From a virus (Duplodnaviria; Caudoviricetes), in IMG/VR virus record IMGVR_UViG_3300044970_000300, positions 1-59,938 of that record: DNA of 59,938 nt, one strand, 5' to 3'. Shown in pieces: positions 38,020 through 47,319 of this stretch; positions within the stretch are counted from its first letter, which is position 1; the number at the start of each line of letters is the position of its first letter. The translations under genes were made by a program, and so were the position numbers. The notes under the pieces are model-generated. The model did no database searches. It was not told the DNA's origin and was given only the letters and a program-made list of their open reading frames with translations.

Positions 38020-39861
38020 CTAGAATGCGTCGTCTAGGGTAGGTAGTTGAATAATCGTAGTCTGGACTGGCTCCAAAGACAACGGTTCAAACATCTTCTG
38101 AGCGCTTGACGCTAAGTAGAACGTAGAGCCGTTACCGCTCATCTCAAAGAGAATCGGTTCGTCTATAGATGTGGGAGTACCACCAGTCTCAGTCTCACGA
38201 ATCTTACGAACGTGAAACTCAACCGTTCGACGTCTGTCGTGTTCAGGGTGCTGAATCTTCCTGTGGAAAGTAAGGAAGTCATCGGCACGGTTCACGAACT
38301 TACCGCCACCCTCTGTCTGCTCAGCGAACGGTGCGATGGGTAATCCATCGTCCCCCTTCATACGCTGTGCTTCCGTGACTGCGTGTGTGTTCAGCCATAC
38401 CGCTATGTTCTTAGCGTTGGAGAACGTGAGCATCTCGCTCGTGGCCTCATAGTCATACTCGTGAGGTCCGAGGTTGATGTTCGTACCGAGGTCCCTACGC
38501 AGTGAGTTGTATGGGTCGATAAACAATCCATCAAGCGGTTGGTTCTTCATCAGCTTCTCAGCGAAGATTAGGATATCAGAGAACGAATACACGGACTTGT
38601 TGTCGATGAAGGTGAAGTGTTCGTTCACCCACTCGAACGCACGCTTACGTTCCTGATAACTCATATCCCTGATTGGCCTTCCCATAGCGAACGTCATAAG
38701 TTTCATCTTCTGTGATGCCGTCTTATTCTCGCTCGTATACATAAGCCACTTCCATCCGTGACGCATTGCCGATGCTACCTGTAGGTACATAGCGAACGTC
38801 GTCTTACCGATGTTGGAGTGTCCGTTGATAATGGTGAAGTTCCGCTTGAATCTGAAGTGCTCGTCGAGCCTACTGACTCCAGTATCTAGACCCATCTGAA
38901 TCCTACCCTCTGCGAAGTCAGTAATCCACCTGAAGTCCTCGTCGTCTGATGAGATGAAGGACATATCGCCGTCGTTGATTCGCATCTCACGCTCGACCTT
39001 ATTACGCTCCTCCATCATCTGCTTGATGGGCATAAGTTTACCCATCTCGATTCCGTCCTCGATAGCCTTCTTAGCGTTGTCTACTGAGTCGATGTCTCGA
39101 CGCTCAATCTCACGAAGTAGGATTCGTTTTACCTCGTCCTCCTCCATCATACCAGCGGCGATGTATCCACCACACAGCCTAGCGGCTCGCACTAGCTTGG
39201 CGTGCTTCTCTCCGTCCTCAGCCTTACGAATCATCCGAGCTGCGATGTTCAACTGCTCGTAATCCGTAAACTTAGCCTTGGATGTCTTGACAACCTGATT
39301 CTCTGCGAACTCGGTTATCATATTGCCGAACACCTTAGCGTTCGGGTTGAAGATTAGCTCTGGGTCGTATGAGTCGAACGAAGCACGAGACTCGTTGACG
39401 CTAGTGCCGTCGATGATAATCCCGTACTTGTTCTCGTAATACTTAGCGAACGCTCGGTAGTGGTCGCGATGCCGCTCAGGGTTGCTGATTTGAATTACAA
39501 CCTTAACACCACGGCCGCTAGGCGACGTGTAGCATATGGTTGTGAACTCATCGAAGGTTAGGACCTTCTTGGTCTCCTCGGGGTCTACATCATCGATGTC
39601 GATGACTACAAGACCTGAATGCTCGACCAGTGAACCGTCGTTCCGCTCAGAAAAAACCCCAGACCACAAAGTGACTGGGAGTCTTTTCTTGTTGGCGGCT
39701 ACGTCCTCACCGTTCCTAATCTTCGATACCAGGCCAAGTGTATCCTCCTTGGGCGATGTTATCAGTTGGATTACTTGTCCAACTGCTATATGTAGTGGTT
39801 CCTCTGGCCTCAGAATGCTCTTGAACCTTGTGACTTTCCTCTGTAAAATGTCCTGCTGCAT
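38020..39861 (-). CDS. primase (BT4734/VirE-N-like)-helicase fusion
   Basis: LP....SG.F..R, SGLVVIDID, SPSGRGVK; Walker A GHSNIGKT, Walker B FIDPYN. Confidence 0.85.
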   Translation of the reverse strand: MQQDILQRKVTRFKSILRPEEPLHIAVGQVIQLITSPKEDTLGLVSKIRNGEDVAANKKRLPVTLWSGVFSERNDGSLVEHSGLVVIDIDDVDPEETKKVLTFDEFTTICYTSPSGRGVKVVIQISNPERHRDHYRAFAKYYENKYGIIIDGTSVNESRASFDSYDPELIFNPNAKVFGNMITEFAENQVVKTSKAKFTDYEQLNIAARMIRKAEDGEKHAKLVRAARLCGGYIAAGMMEEDEVKRILLREIERRDIDSVDNAKKAIEDGIEMGKLMPIKQMMEERNKVEREMRINDGDMSFISSDDEDFRWITDFAEGRIQMGLDTGVSRLDEHFRFKRNFTIINGHSNIGKTTFAMYLQVASAMRHGWKWLMYTSENKTASQKMKLMTFAMGRPIRDMSYQERKRAFEWVNEHFTFIDNKSVYSFSDILIFAEKLMKNQPLDGLFIDPYNSLRRDLGTNINLGPHEYDYEATSEMLTFSNAKNIAVWLNTHAVTEAQRMKGDDGLPIAPFAEQTEGGGKFVNRADDFLTFHRKIQHPEHDRRRTVEFHVRKIRETETGGTPTSIDEPILFEMSGNGSTFYLASSAQKMFEPLSLEPVQTTIIQLPTLDDAF

Positions 39862-40114
39862 CTTTTAGCGCGATGTTTAATAGAATTAAATAGCCGATAA
39901 GGTCATCAATGGTATCCACTGTGTCTACATTGAGCCCTCTGTTCTTAATACGCATCAGCTTGTCGTCGATTCGGGAGCAGAGGTTATCTACCGCTGAGCC
40001 CTTGGCGAATACGTTAGCTGGCTTGAGTGCGCTGTCACCGTATGAAGCGTTCTTCCTTAGTAGGAGTTCCTTCACGCGGTCTGCTTCCTGTGTTATCTTA
40101 TCTCTAGAATTCAT
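39716..40114 (-). CDS. DUF1599/Nmad1-like protein
   Basis: KNASYGDS...RIDDKL.RI...DT..DLIGY motif. Confidence 0.75.
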   Translation of the reverse strand: MNSRDKITQEADRVKELLLRKNASYGDSALKPANVFAKGSAVDNLCSRIDDKLMRIKNRGLNVDTVDTIDDLIGYLILLNIALKDAAGHFTEESHKVQEHSEARGTTTYSSWTSNPTDNIAQGGYTWPGIED

Positions 40115-40529
40115 CGTAGTATTTGTTGTTATCGTATTCTTCACCTACCATATATACCCAGGCTTCTGTGTCGCTGTTGAACACTGACTCCTCAGGCGTT
40201 ACGGTAATCTTCTCGCGCTTGTAGTAGATTGGGTGTCCCTCCAATCGGTCGAGTGCGGCTAGTGTGGTGTCATCAACGTAGTACAACTCAAGTAGGACGT
40301 GCTTGCCGTTCTCTGAGGAGCCCTTGATTACGTAGGGGAGTGAAATCACACACATACGCATCGGCTCCTTAGTGCGAGCGGTTCCCATATAGATTGAGTC
40401 GCGCAGGTAGATGTTGTTACCGCGCCCCATCTTCAGTGTGCCGTACACAGCGACGAGGTGGCGCTTCTCTTGCTTGTCGACGACTTGCTGGCTATCGCCT
40501 GGGTCGTCCCAGTATAGAAACTCATTCAT
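40104..40529 (-). CDS. gamma-glutamylcyclotransferase (AIG2-like)
   Basis: VAVYGTLK.G and LDRLEG...Y.R motifs. Confidence 0.85.
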   Translation of the reverse strand: MNEFLYWDDPGDSQQVVDKQEKRHLVAVYGTLKMGRGNNIYLRDSIYMGTARTKEPMRMCVISLPYVIKGSSENGKHVLLELYYVDDTTLAALDRLEGHPIYYKREKITVTPEESVFNSDTEAWVYMVGEEYDNNKYYDEF

Positions 40530-40737
40530 AGGATAATTCAATTTTGATGTGTTCGACGAATTGGTTTAGTCTGTCGATGAACTTGGGTGTGACGATGGCG
40601 TTCCTGTTTATCACATTCGTAACCAACGTACGGCTCAGTCTGAGGTTCTTGGCGATTGCCGTCTGGCTCACGCCGATGTTCTCGGTGAGCACCCTAAGCA
40701 TCTCAAGGGCTTCGTCTTCGTTATTTATTTGAGGCAT
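40522..40737 (-). CDS. XRE-like HTH protein
   Basis: SQTAIAKNLRLSRTLV helix-turn-helix pattern. Confidence 0.6.
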   Translation of the reverse strand: MPQINNEDEALEMLRVLTENIGVSQTAIAKNLRLSRTLVTNVINRNAIVTPKFIDRLNQFVEHIKIELSYE

Positions 40738-40960
40738 AACCTACAATCTTTTTTTCTAAAACTTTAGTGATTACAAATGACTTGTCTCCCTTATAGTTTG
40801 AACCGAACAACCGCTCGCGTAAACTGTCTGCGGTCTTGCTGTCGTACATCATAATGCCTGCTGGTGTGTCGTGTTTGGATACCGCCCACTCCTTCCTAGA
40901 ATGATTGAGCTTCCCCTTCTTGAACGAGACCTCTATTTCTAGAAAATAAATCGGATGCAT
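40721..40960 (-). CDS. hypothetical protein
   Basis: Likely start MHPIYF; operon context. Confidence 0.5.
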   Translation of the reverse strand: MHPIYFLEIEVSFKKGKLNHSRKEWAVSKHDTPAGIMMYDSKTADSLRERLFGSNYKGDKSFVITKVLEKKIVGYASNK

Positions 40961-41291
40961 TAGTGAACTCCATTTCGGTTTTACGCTTGATAATAGTAGC
41001 CAGTCTACTGGCGGCAATGAACCACTTGTCGTGCATAGCACCGAGCAGTTCGTTTGAGTCCACCAGCACTACGTTGTTGCCCTTCTTCTCGGGGATTACA
41101 ATGACGCAGAACTTGAAGTGTTCCGTGTTGGGCATAGTGTCAAGCTCGATGTCCTGACCTGATACCTTACCGAACACTATCTGTGTTGACATACTACCAG
41201 TCCTCGATGTGTGTGTGAAGAAGCGGGGCTGAGCGTTTAACAGCTCAAGACCCCACTCAAAACACAGCAACGCTGCGATTGCTCTCTCCAT
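40896..41291 (-). CDS. hypothetical protein
   Basis: Coupled to the upstream stop codon. Confidence 0.5.
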   Translation of the reverse strand: MERAIAALLCFEWGLELLNAQPRFFTHTSRTGSMSTQIVFGKVSGQDIELDTMPNTEHFKFCVIVIPEKKGNNVVLVDSNELLGAMHDKWFIAASRLATIIKRKTEMEFTNASDLFSRNRGLVQEGEAQSF

Positions 41292-41572
41292 TAGAACGGC
41301 AAATCGTCTGCGCTAGGCATCGGCGCTTTGCTGGCCGCGGCGTTAGCCTTACGAGCGGCTGTCTCTTGTGGAGACTCGATTACGCTGTATGGCTTCTTCG
41401 GGTCACGACCCTGCTTGATTAGAATCTTAACCTTACCAGACTCCTCGTTGATGTAACGAGCGGCCTCAGCTAGTTCAGCAGCGGTCAGGTAAAGAGTGTA
41501 TCCATTGAATTCTCCTTTGTACTCATTGTACCAGGTACTACCGAAGTAGTTGGGTTTTGCTTTGTCTTGCAT
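41291..41572 (-). CDS. putative single-stranded DNA-binding protein
   Basis: Acidic tail DDLPF; next to the exonuclease and annealing genes. Confidence 0.55.
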   Translation of the reverse strand: MQDKAKPNYFGSTWYNEYKGEFNGYTLYLTAAELAEAARYINEESGKVKILIKQGRDPKKPYSVIESPQETAARKANAAASKAPMPSADDLPF

Positions 41573-41584
41573 CGCAGTATTGAA

Positions 41585-42376
41585 TTAAAGTTCTCCGTAA
41601 ATCACATATTGATTGAGGTCCTCGCCGTTGATGAAGAAACGAATGTAATCATTCGCTGCGCTCTCCACCAACCGCTTGCCTCTGTTAAAGAAGTCCTCCG
41701 ACACGGAGAAAACGCCGATGTCCTTCTTTATCTTATCCACCACGATGAACTTGAAGTTCTCGTATGGCACGTCAAACAACGTACAGTAGATGTACGCCTG
41801 GGCTGCATATCCATATTTCTTAGCACTGAAGTAAAAGTCATCGATGTTCGATGTCGTCTTCAGGTCAAAGATGTAGGGCATACCCTTCTTCTTGATATCG
41901 GCCTTAGCACGGAACGGTAGCCCGTGTAGCAGACCAATCTCTGGGAGCTCATAGTCAGCGTCAGATAACGCCTCCCGTACGAAGTTGTTCTTCATCAGGG
42001 CATCGACAACATAGTAGCAGTTGTCGTAGTCCTTACGAAGCAGTAGCTTCTTACCTGTCTCCTCATACTCCAACACCGCATTCTTCCAAATGTTAGTGTT
42101 CTTTGAGGCACACTCCACAGGGACGAAGTTGCCCTCCAGGTGTGGCTCCAGTAGCAGGGTGTGGATGAGGTTGCCTGCAACCAGTGCAGTAACGTCCCCA
42201 TCCTCCCCATACTTAAGATAACGAGCATACTCACGCGGAGAGTCGTTAATCTTCTTCAGCGACGAGGAAGACAATGCTGCCTTCCCTAGATATCCATAGT
42301 AGAAATCGTCGTCGGTCATCGCGGCTAGCAGGTCCTCCCTGAGCCACGTCGTTCCATCCAGAAGTTGGATTTCCAT
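41585..42376 (-). CDS. RecE/DUF3799-like PD-(D/E)xK exonuclease
   Basis: LSSSSLK, G.LIH..LLEP, KADI, DLKTT and Y..QA..Y motifs. Confidence 0.8.
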   Translation of the reverse strand: MEIQLLDGTTWLREDLLAAMTDDDFYYGYLGKAALSSSSLKKINDSPREYARYLKYGEDGDVTALVAGNLIHTLLLEPHLEGNFVPVECASKNTNIWKNAVLEYEETGKKLLLRKDYDNCYYVVDALMKNNFVREALSDADYELPEIGLLHGLPFRAKADIKKKGMPYIFDLKTTSNIDDFYFSAKKYGYAAQAYIYCTLFDVPYENFKFIVVDKIKKDIGVFSVSEDFFNRGKRLVESAANDYIRFFINGEDLNQYVIYGEL

Positions 42377-42912
42377 TACTTCTTGACGAACTTGGCTATT
42401 GCTCCCTTCTGAGCGTCCGTGAACTGGTCGCCGTACTTAGAGAGAATCTTCTCCAGGCCCGCGGTCGTTCCGTCCTTCTTCATAAAGTCAATGGCTGACT
42501 GAAAGACGCTGTTCTTCGGTATGGAAACTTTTTGCGTCGCGGATGCAGGAGCGTCCTGCTTGGCGATGGCCATAGCAACCTCGTTAGACGAAGCGATTGA
42601 TGTCTCGATTCCGATACCAAGCATCGCTAGTGCACGGCCTACGGCTGAAGTCTCGCAGTTCTCAACGTATGATGTCTTGTTAATCATAGATGATGTGCGG
42701 TCCTCCTGTGCGTGAGCGCTTGAAATCACTCGTCCGTTGTTATCTCGGATGGTTGACTTGATGATACAGGTCTCGCTATCAATGGCGACGAGTTCGTTCT
42801 CGATTGTCCACCCTTCGTACTTGGCTTCAGTACGGAAGAACAGGACGCGTTGATTGACCTCAACATACTCCTTGCCTTTGATGTTGGTGGTCTTGAATTT
42901 GTAATTAGACAT
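42376..42912 (-). CDS. putative single-strand annealing protein
   Basis: KGKEYVEV..R and ENCETSAVGRAL motifs; adjacent to the exonuclease; own promoter TTTGCA...TACTTTAG. Confidence 0.6.
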   Translation of the reverse strand: MSNYKFKTTNIKGKEYVEVNQRVLFFRTEAKYEGWTIENELVAIDSETCIIKSTIRDNNGRVISSAHAQEDRTSSMINKTSYVENCETSAVGRALAMLGIGIETSIASSNEVAMAIAKQDAPASATQKVSIPKNSVFQSAIDFMKKDGTTAGLEKILSKYGDQFTDAQKGAIAKFVKK

Positions 42913-42978
42913 AGTGTTTGAATTGAATTACTTTGCTAAAGTACACACTTTTTACCAGATGTGCAAACTTTTTGCGAA

Positions 42979-43116
42979 TTATTTGAAGTTGAAGAATAAT
43001 CCTCGGTCTAACCAACCGATTGACAGGCCCGTCTCATCGACCCAACCATCGTAGTGAACCTCGATGAATGGGAGAACGTGAAACGAACCACGATACTTGA
43101 ATGGGTATATTTTCAT
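42979..43116 (-). CDS. hypothetical protein (45 aa)
   Basis: MKIYPFKY...IGWL...FK*; A-rich leader. Confidence 0.45.
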   Translation of the reverse strand: MKIYPFKYRGSFHVLPFIEVHYDGWVDETGLSIGWLDRGLFFNFK

Positions 43117-43194
43117 TTTTATTTGTACATTTAACATTAAATTAACATAAGATGCTCAAAATCAGATACTTACTCATCGCATTAGCCTTCGCCG

Positions 43195-43413
43195 CTACGA
43201 GTTGTTCTTCTCTTCAGACTTCACCTTCTTACTCATCTTCTGCACCCTGTCACGCTGAGGGTTGTCAGAATATGTCAATACACGCTCATTACTCCTTCGA
43301 GTAAGTTCTTCGCGCTTCTGAAGCATAGGGAAGTTGATTACTATCCATCGGTAGAACTCACGGCCGTCAGAGTCGTTGAGTTTTTCTTCAATCAGTTCGA
43401 GTGCCGTCTTCAT
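43195..43413 (-). CDS. hypothetical protein
   Basis: ATGA-coupled ORF. Confidence 0.55.
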   Translation of the reverse strand: MKTALELIEEKLNDSDGREFYRWIVINFPMLQKREELTRRSNERVLTYSDNPQRDRVQKMSKKVKSEEKNNS

Positions 43414-43709
43414 TCCTTGATGAATACACCGTTAACCGTCTGACCCTTGCGATTCGCAATCTCGTTGTACGCTGACTCCAGGCATTCCCAGGGGTTCAGC
43501 TCAAGTTGATACGACAGGATGATAATTGTGACAAGTACGTCACCGATTGCGTCAATCGTTTCGTCTTGCTTGCCTTTGGCGATTCCTGACGCAAGTTCTC
43601 CGACCTCCTCTACTACCTTCAGCATCTGCTTCGGTGCGTTCTCAGGTGCGGTGATTCCACGTTTGATTGCCCAGTCGACAATCTTTTCTTCAAGTTCTAG
43701 GGGATTCAT
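43410..43709 (-). CDS. MazG-like nucleotide pyrophosphohydrolase
   Basis: K..EE.GELA....K....D.IGD motif. Confidence 0.85.
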   Translation of the reverse strand: MNPLELEEKIVDWAIKRGITAPENAPKQMLKVVEEVGELASGIAKGKQDETIDAIGDVLVTIIILSYQLELNPWECLESAYNEIANRKGQTVNGVFIKE

Positions 43710-44008
43710 TCTTCTTTGTTGATTGGTTTATATCCGATGTTGTACAGCGCGTCGATGTCGGCGGCGGCTAGAATCTCGACACCACGTTGTATGGCGAGGA
43801 ATGCCTCCTCCTTCTCGTTGTCCATATGCATCTGTTTGTACATATTAGACAGGAAATTCTCCACGTCTATGGTTACGTTATTCACCGCACGCTTTAGGTT
43901 GTGCCTGTACACGTTGGTTCCTTTTAGTTCATCAAGCAGTTCCAGGTACACCTGGGATACTATCAGTAACTTAACGAGTTTGTACTCGACTGAATGTTCC
44001 TCACTCAT
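43706..44008 (-). CDS. hypothetical protein
   Basis: Coupled ORF. Confidence 0.55.
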   Translation of the reverse strand: MSEEHSVEYKLVKLLIVSQVYLELLDELKGTNVYRHNLKRAVNNVTIDVENFLSNMYKQMHMDNEKEEAFLAIQRGVEILAAADIDALYNIGYKPINKEE

Positions 44009-44156
44009 CGTCTGGTTGGGTTTCTATGATTAAACTAAGTGCGTTGACATACCCCTCCCAATACTTGGCTTCGGTATCTCGGCGGCTGTATAGGCACACG
44101 TTTCGATTGTACTGAGCCTTCTTGTATTGCTCAAGGATTAGTCTCTGGTTCTTCAT
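44001..44156 (-). CDS. hypothetical protein (51 aa)
   Basis: MKNQRLILEQY...YWEGY; fills a gap with short overlaps. Confidence 0.5.
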   Translation of the reverse strand: MKNQRLILEQYKKAQYNRNVCLYSRRDTEAKYWEGYVNALSLIIETQPDDE

Positions 44157-44478
44157 TGGTTTTCTTTTTTTCGTCTATGCATTTTTTGCATAATAGTTCC
44201 CATCGGTTGGGCTGGTCTATGTGATACATAAGGTCATCCCAAGAATCGCTCTCCTTACCGCATCCTTCGCAGTCGGGTGCAGGACCAAAGTCGTCGTCGA
44301 TGTTCTTGTAGAACTCGTTGAACGCGGCAAGGTTGTCACCTTCGTTCCCGTTCATATTGTAGAAGTCAATGTAGTACGGACCGATGTCCAGAACGATTGA
44401 CCACATACCTCTGGTGTAGTTGATGAATGATACACCAAAACCCCATTGTGAGTAGTATTTACCTGTCTCAATCTTCAT
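44131..44478 (-). CDS. hypothetical protein with CxxC...CxxC
   Basis: CEGC and CKKC pairs. Confidence 0.55.
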   Translation of the reverse strand: MKIETGKYYSQWGFGVSFINYTRGMWSIVLDIGPYYIDFYNMNGNEGDNLAAFNEFYKNIDDDFGPAPDCEGCGKESDSWDDLMYHIDQPNRWELLCKKCIDEKKKTNEEPETNP

Positions 44479-44480
44479 AA

Positions 44481-44807
44481 CTATAGTGATTTCTCGATTA
44501 GTTCTAGTTGCTCGATGACATTCTCTTGGTGCGCCTGCCTCTTTGCGTAGTTCTCTCCACGCAACATAGGCTTTAGCTCCTGTACCTTGCGTCTCGCCCT
44601 AGTGATTGAGTCCGCGAGCGGCATCTTGTCGTCGCTGTATAGAGACAGGAACGTGTAGATGTTTGCGTTTCGTATGTCGACACCCTGTTTGCTTAGTGCC
44701 TTACTCCATATCATACAACACAACCGCTGGTCATTGTCTCTAGCCTTTATGTCGTTAATCAACGCGGCCTCGACCTCGCTGGATATATCAAAAAGTTTGG
44801 TTTTCAT
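44481..44807 (-). CDS. hypothetical phage protein
   Basis: RDND..L and SITRARRKVQE...LRG motifs. Confidence 0.6.
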   Translation of the reverse strand: MKTKLFDISSEVEAALINDIKARDNDQRLCCMIWSKALSKQGVDIRNANIYTFLSLYSDDKMPLADSITRARRKVQELKPMLRGENYAKRQAHQENVIEQLELIEKSL

Positions 44808-44900
44808 CGTCAGATTTTGTTTGGTTATTCGGGTTTTCTCCGAGTTGATGTTCATTTTTTGACAATATCGCGCATCGCGATACGCGATATTAGCTCATAT

Positions 44901-45131
44901 CTATTTGTTCTTGAATGTTTTGTTGTAGTATTCTTCTGCTTGGTGATTAGTCCATTCGGTATGCGGATAGTCATCAAATACTCTTTGACCTTCTATGTGT
45001 GCATCTTCAATCTGCTCCTTCTCTTTCTCAAGCACTAGTTCCTCATCTATTAAAAGGTAGTTCACTACTTCTTCAGGGGGTAAACCTGATTTAAGTAATT
45101 TGTAAACTAGTTGTATTGCTGTCTGTTTCAT
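44901..45131 (-). CDS. hypothetical phage protein
   Basis: MKQTA...EKEKEQI.DA...AEEYYNKTF, a pattern common in Bacteroidota phages. Confidence 0.65.
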   Translation of the reverse strand: MKQTAIQLVYKLLKSGLPPEEVVNYLLIDEELVLEKEKEQIEDAHIEGQRVFDDYPHTEWTNHQAEEYYNKTFKNK

Positions 45132-45155
45132 TTCTCGTTGGTGTTAAAGAAAAAG

Positions 45156-45220
45156 ACTCCGTTAATCAGGGCGGTTGCATTCCGCTTGCTGAATCCTAAT
45201 GCGCCATAAGCGGGCGGAGT
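45156..45220 (-). ncRNA. small pseudoknotted intergenic RNA element
   Basis: ACTCCG/CGGAGT outer stem, inner hairpins, GCATT/AATGC loop pairing, then a U tract. Confidence 0.4.
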
Positions 45221-45228
45221 TCTAATTT

Positions 45229-45630
45229 CTAGTTGTCTTTAAATGATTTCGTTTCTTGAACCATATGCAGAGCAAGAGTCATATATTGCTTAACTCTTTC
45301 TGCCTTGTCTTCTAACATCTCAATCGACTGAAACGTATCGCACACAGAACAGGAGCCGTACGCAACCGATGTGAAGATGTAGTCAGTCAGGCTGGGTTGG
45401 TATTCGTTACTGCAAAGGATGTAGATTTCGTTTCCTTGGAAAGTCCCATCGTCAATCTTTACAAACCTTCCCCAGTCCCACTCGCTGTACTCGTCATCGT
45501 TTGGTTTAGTTACAACCAAATTAAACAGCATCTCGTAGATGCTCTCGTACGAGTTAGGCTCGTTCTCGTTTAGCCATTGCTCAAGAAGATGCTTGCGCTC
45601 CTCCCATTGTTTTACATAGTTCAGTATCAT
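45229..45630 (-). CDS. hypothetical protein
   Basis: YGSCSVCD motif. Confidence 0.6.
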   Translation of the reverse strand: MILNYVKQWEERKHLLEQWLNENEPNSYESIYEMLFNLVVTKPNDDEYSEWDWGRFVKIDDGTFQGNEIYILCSNEYQPSLTDYIFTSVAYGSCSVCDTFQSIEMLEDKAERVKQYMTLALHMVQETKSFKDN

Positions 45631-45643
45631 TTGTCGTTGTGTT

Positions 45644-45964
45644 TTAATGGGTCGGATTCGACCCCTTTGATTTAATGTATTCGTCAAAGTCTGAATACTT
45701 CAGCCCCCACATTACACTGAACCACATCATTTCCTTCTCTGCATAGGCTGCTCGCAACTTAAGTTCTCGCATAAGGTATTTCTTACCCCACTCCTCAAGT
45801 TCCTCGCCCTGCTTAAAGGTCATAGTATACTTCTGAAACCACTTATCTACGCCAACGATGTCGTCGTAGGTCACGTTGTGTCCAGCAATCTCAAACATCT
45901 TATTGATGATGTCAACGATTGCCTTCTCTTTCTTCTCTTCTCTGGTTAGTCGTTTAGTTGCCAT
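45644..45964 (-). CDS. hypothetical protein
   Basis: ORF in the early operon. Confidence 0.6.
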   Translation of the reverse strand: MATKRLTREEKKEKAIVDIINKMFEIAGHNVTYDDIVGVDKWFQKYTMTFKQGEELEEWGKKYLMRELKLRAAYAEKEMMWFSVMWGLKYSDFDEYIKSKGSNPTH

Positions 45965-46296
45965 AACTCATAGTTGCTGTTTTGTGTCTTGAACTTGATG
46001 TAGTTATCTCGCTCTTCTACAATTTCTGTTATTGTAGTTGTCTGCCAAGTAAAGTAATCGTTGAACGGAGACAGAATTAATGAGTAGCCTACTGCTGGTT
46101 TACAGTGTCGAGCCTTGAACTTTCCTTCATTACTCCACTCAACCCACATCACCTCGTGACATTCTTTAGTTAATCCGTCTCGTTCACGAACTAGCTTCCA
46201 GTTAAAATCTTTCTCAAGAATCCCAAGCTCGATAGCAATCCTTAGAAGATTTTCTTGTAGCGTTATAGGAACTTTTGTTTGCTTTATCTTACTCAT
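45946..46296 (-). CDS. hypothetical protein
   Basis: WQTT.ITEI...FKT.NS.Y motif. Confidence 0.6.
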   Translation of the reverse strand: MSKIKQTKVPITLQENLLRIAIELGILEKDFNWKLVRERDGLTKECHEVMWVEWSNEGKFKARHCKPAVGYSLILSPFNDYFTWQTTTITEIVEERDNYIKFKTQNSNYELWQLND

Positions 46297-46550
46297 AATG
46301 CGTCTTCAATTAAAATCTCCCAATGGTCGTCGTGGCCAACGAATCCTGATGCGATTCCATCTAGTCCATACAGAGACATCTTAGTGCCGATAGATATGAA
46401 TGGTCCTCCGCTTGGGTCAACGAATATGATGTTGTCATCGTTGTCCCATCCACATCGTGTGTACTTGAAGTCTCCCCTCCAGTCGATGTTTCCGTTCTCG
46501 TTCTTCTCAAACGTGAACTCGTCTCCGTATCGGTTGGTGTACTTACTCAT
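46293..46550 (-). CDS. hypothetical protein
   Basis: NRYGD and FVDPSGGP motifs. Confidence 0.6.
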   Translation of the reverse strand: MSKYTNRYGDEFTFEKNENGNIDWRGDFKYTRCGWDNDDNIIFVDPSGGPFISIGTKMSLYGLDGIASGFVGHDDHWEILIEDAL

Positions 46551-46690
46551 TTCGTCTCTGATTTCTTGTCTAACCACCGACGATACATACTCGCGGCTAT
46601 AGCGATACGTTGTGGGTAGAACGGATAGTCAGCCTTGATGCGAGCCATTGCGATTCGTACGAATGCCTCACGCGTCTCTTTGTCGTTCAT
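46547..46690 (-). CDS. hypothetical protein (47 aa)
   Basis: Start re-assigned to MNDKETRE; the upstream part of the track ORF is a structured region. Confidence 0.55.
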   Translation of the reverse strand: MNDKETREAFVRIAMARIKADYPFYPQRIAIAASMYRRWLDKKSETK

Positions 46691-46719
46691 TTTCAAGCGG
46701 TTGTGTTTGTTGGTGATTT

Positions 46720-46879
46720 GACATAGTGCGCCTCTATTGCGCTTGTATACTAACCTTCGTATTCGTCTCCGAGGACTAGTGGCGGGAGTGGGGGCCCTTG
46801 AAAGCCCCCCTCCCCGCACAAGACGTCTCGTAATCGGCTTCTCCGATAGGGCGAAGTTAGCGCTCACGGACGACATAGT
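46720..46879 (-). ncRNA. structured intergenic element between 8-bp direct repeats
   Basis: GACATAGT at both ends; several GC-rich helices inside. Confidence 0.5.
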
Positions 46880-46888
46880 CAATGGATT

Positions 46889-47089
46889 TTACAATCTTGT
46901 TGGTAACTCGCTAAGCAGCCGTGTGTACGGCTTGTCTAGCAGTTGGTTGAGTAGGTGCTCACGCTCTGACTCTAGATAGTCACATCGCTCCTGCAACGCT
47001 ACCAACCGATTGTCTTTCTCCTTGAGTTCCTTATCCATCGCAACGATTCGGTGTTGCAGATAGAGTATCATATCTTGATTGTAGGTCAT
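46889..47089 (-). CDS. small coiled-coil protein
   Basis: Heptad pattern; ATGA coupling. Confidence 0.55.
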   Translation of the reverse strand: MTYNQDMILYLQHRIVAMDKELKEKDNRLVALQERCDYLESEREHLLNQLLDKPYTRLLSELPTRL

Positions 47090-47265
47090 ACGAATTTGAG
47101 ATTACGGATTGGGGTGTTACGCTTCCTGCCGAACGTGTCGACTATTTCAGCGCGTTGATTGCCCAGGCACCGCTTGTCGGTCTTGATTCCTACTAGAAGT
47201 GCTGGTGATTCGAATCCCAAGGGAGAGATTACGAATACGTTCGTCTTAATGATTTTGGATTCCAT
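47086..47265 (-). CDS. hypothetical protein (59 aa)
   Basis: MESKIIKTNVF...; coupled to the downstream ORF. Confidence 0.5.
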   Translation of the reverse strand: MESKIIKTNVFVISPLGFESPALLVGIKTDKRCLGNQRAEIVDTFGRKRNTPIRNLKFV

Positions 47266-47300
47266 AGTTGTTGAAGTGAATTGATTTTGCGTCTCGAATG

Positions 47301-47317
47301 CGTTTCGTGATAGTGGA
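47301..47317 (-). repeat. 17-bp repeat copy A (TCCACTATCACGAAACG)
   Basis: Identical to 49892-49908; both copies are intergenic. Confidence 0.75.
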
Positions 47318-47319
47318 CA

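Noticed and set aside
45181-45200. c-di-AMP riboswitch (GCTGAATCC on the + strand)
   Set aside because: Wrong strand for the operon, and the other conserved elements are absent
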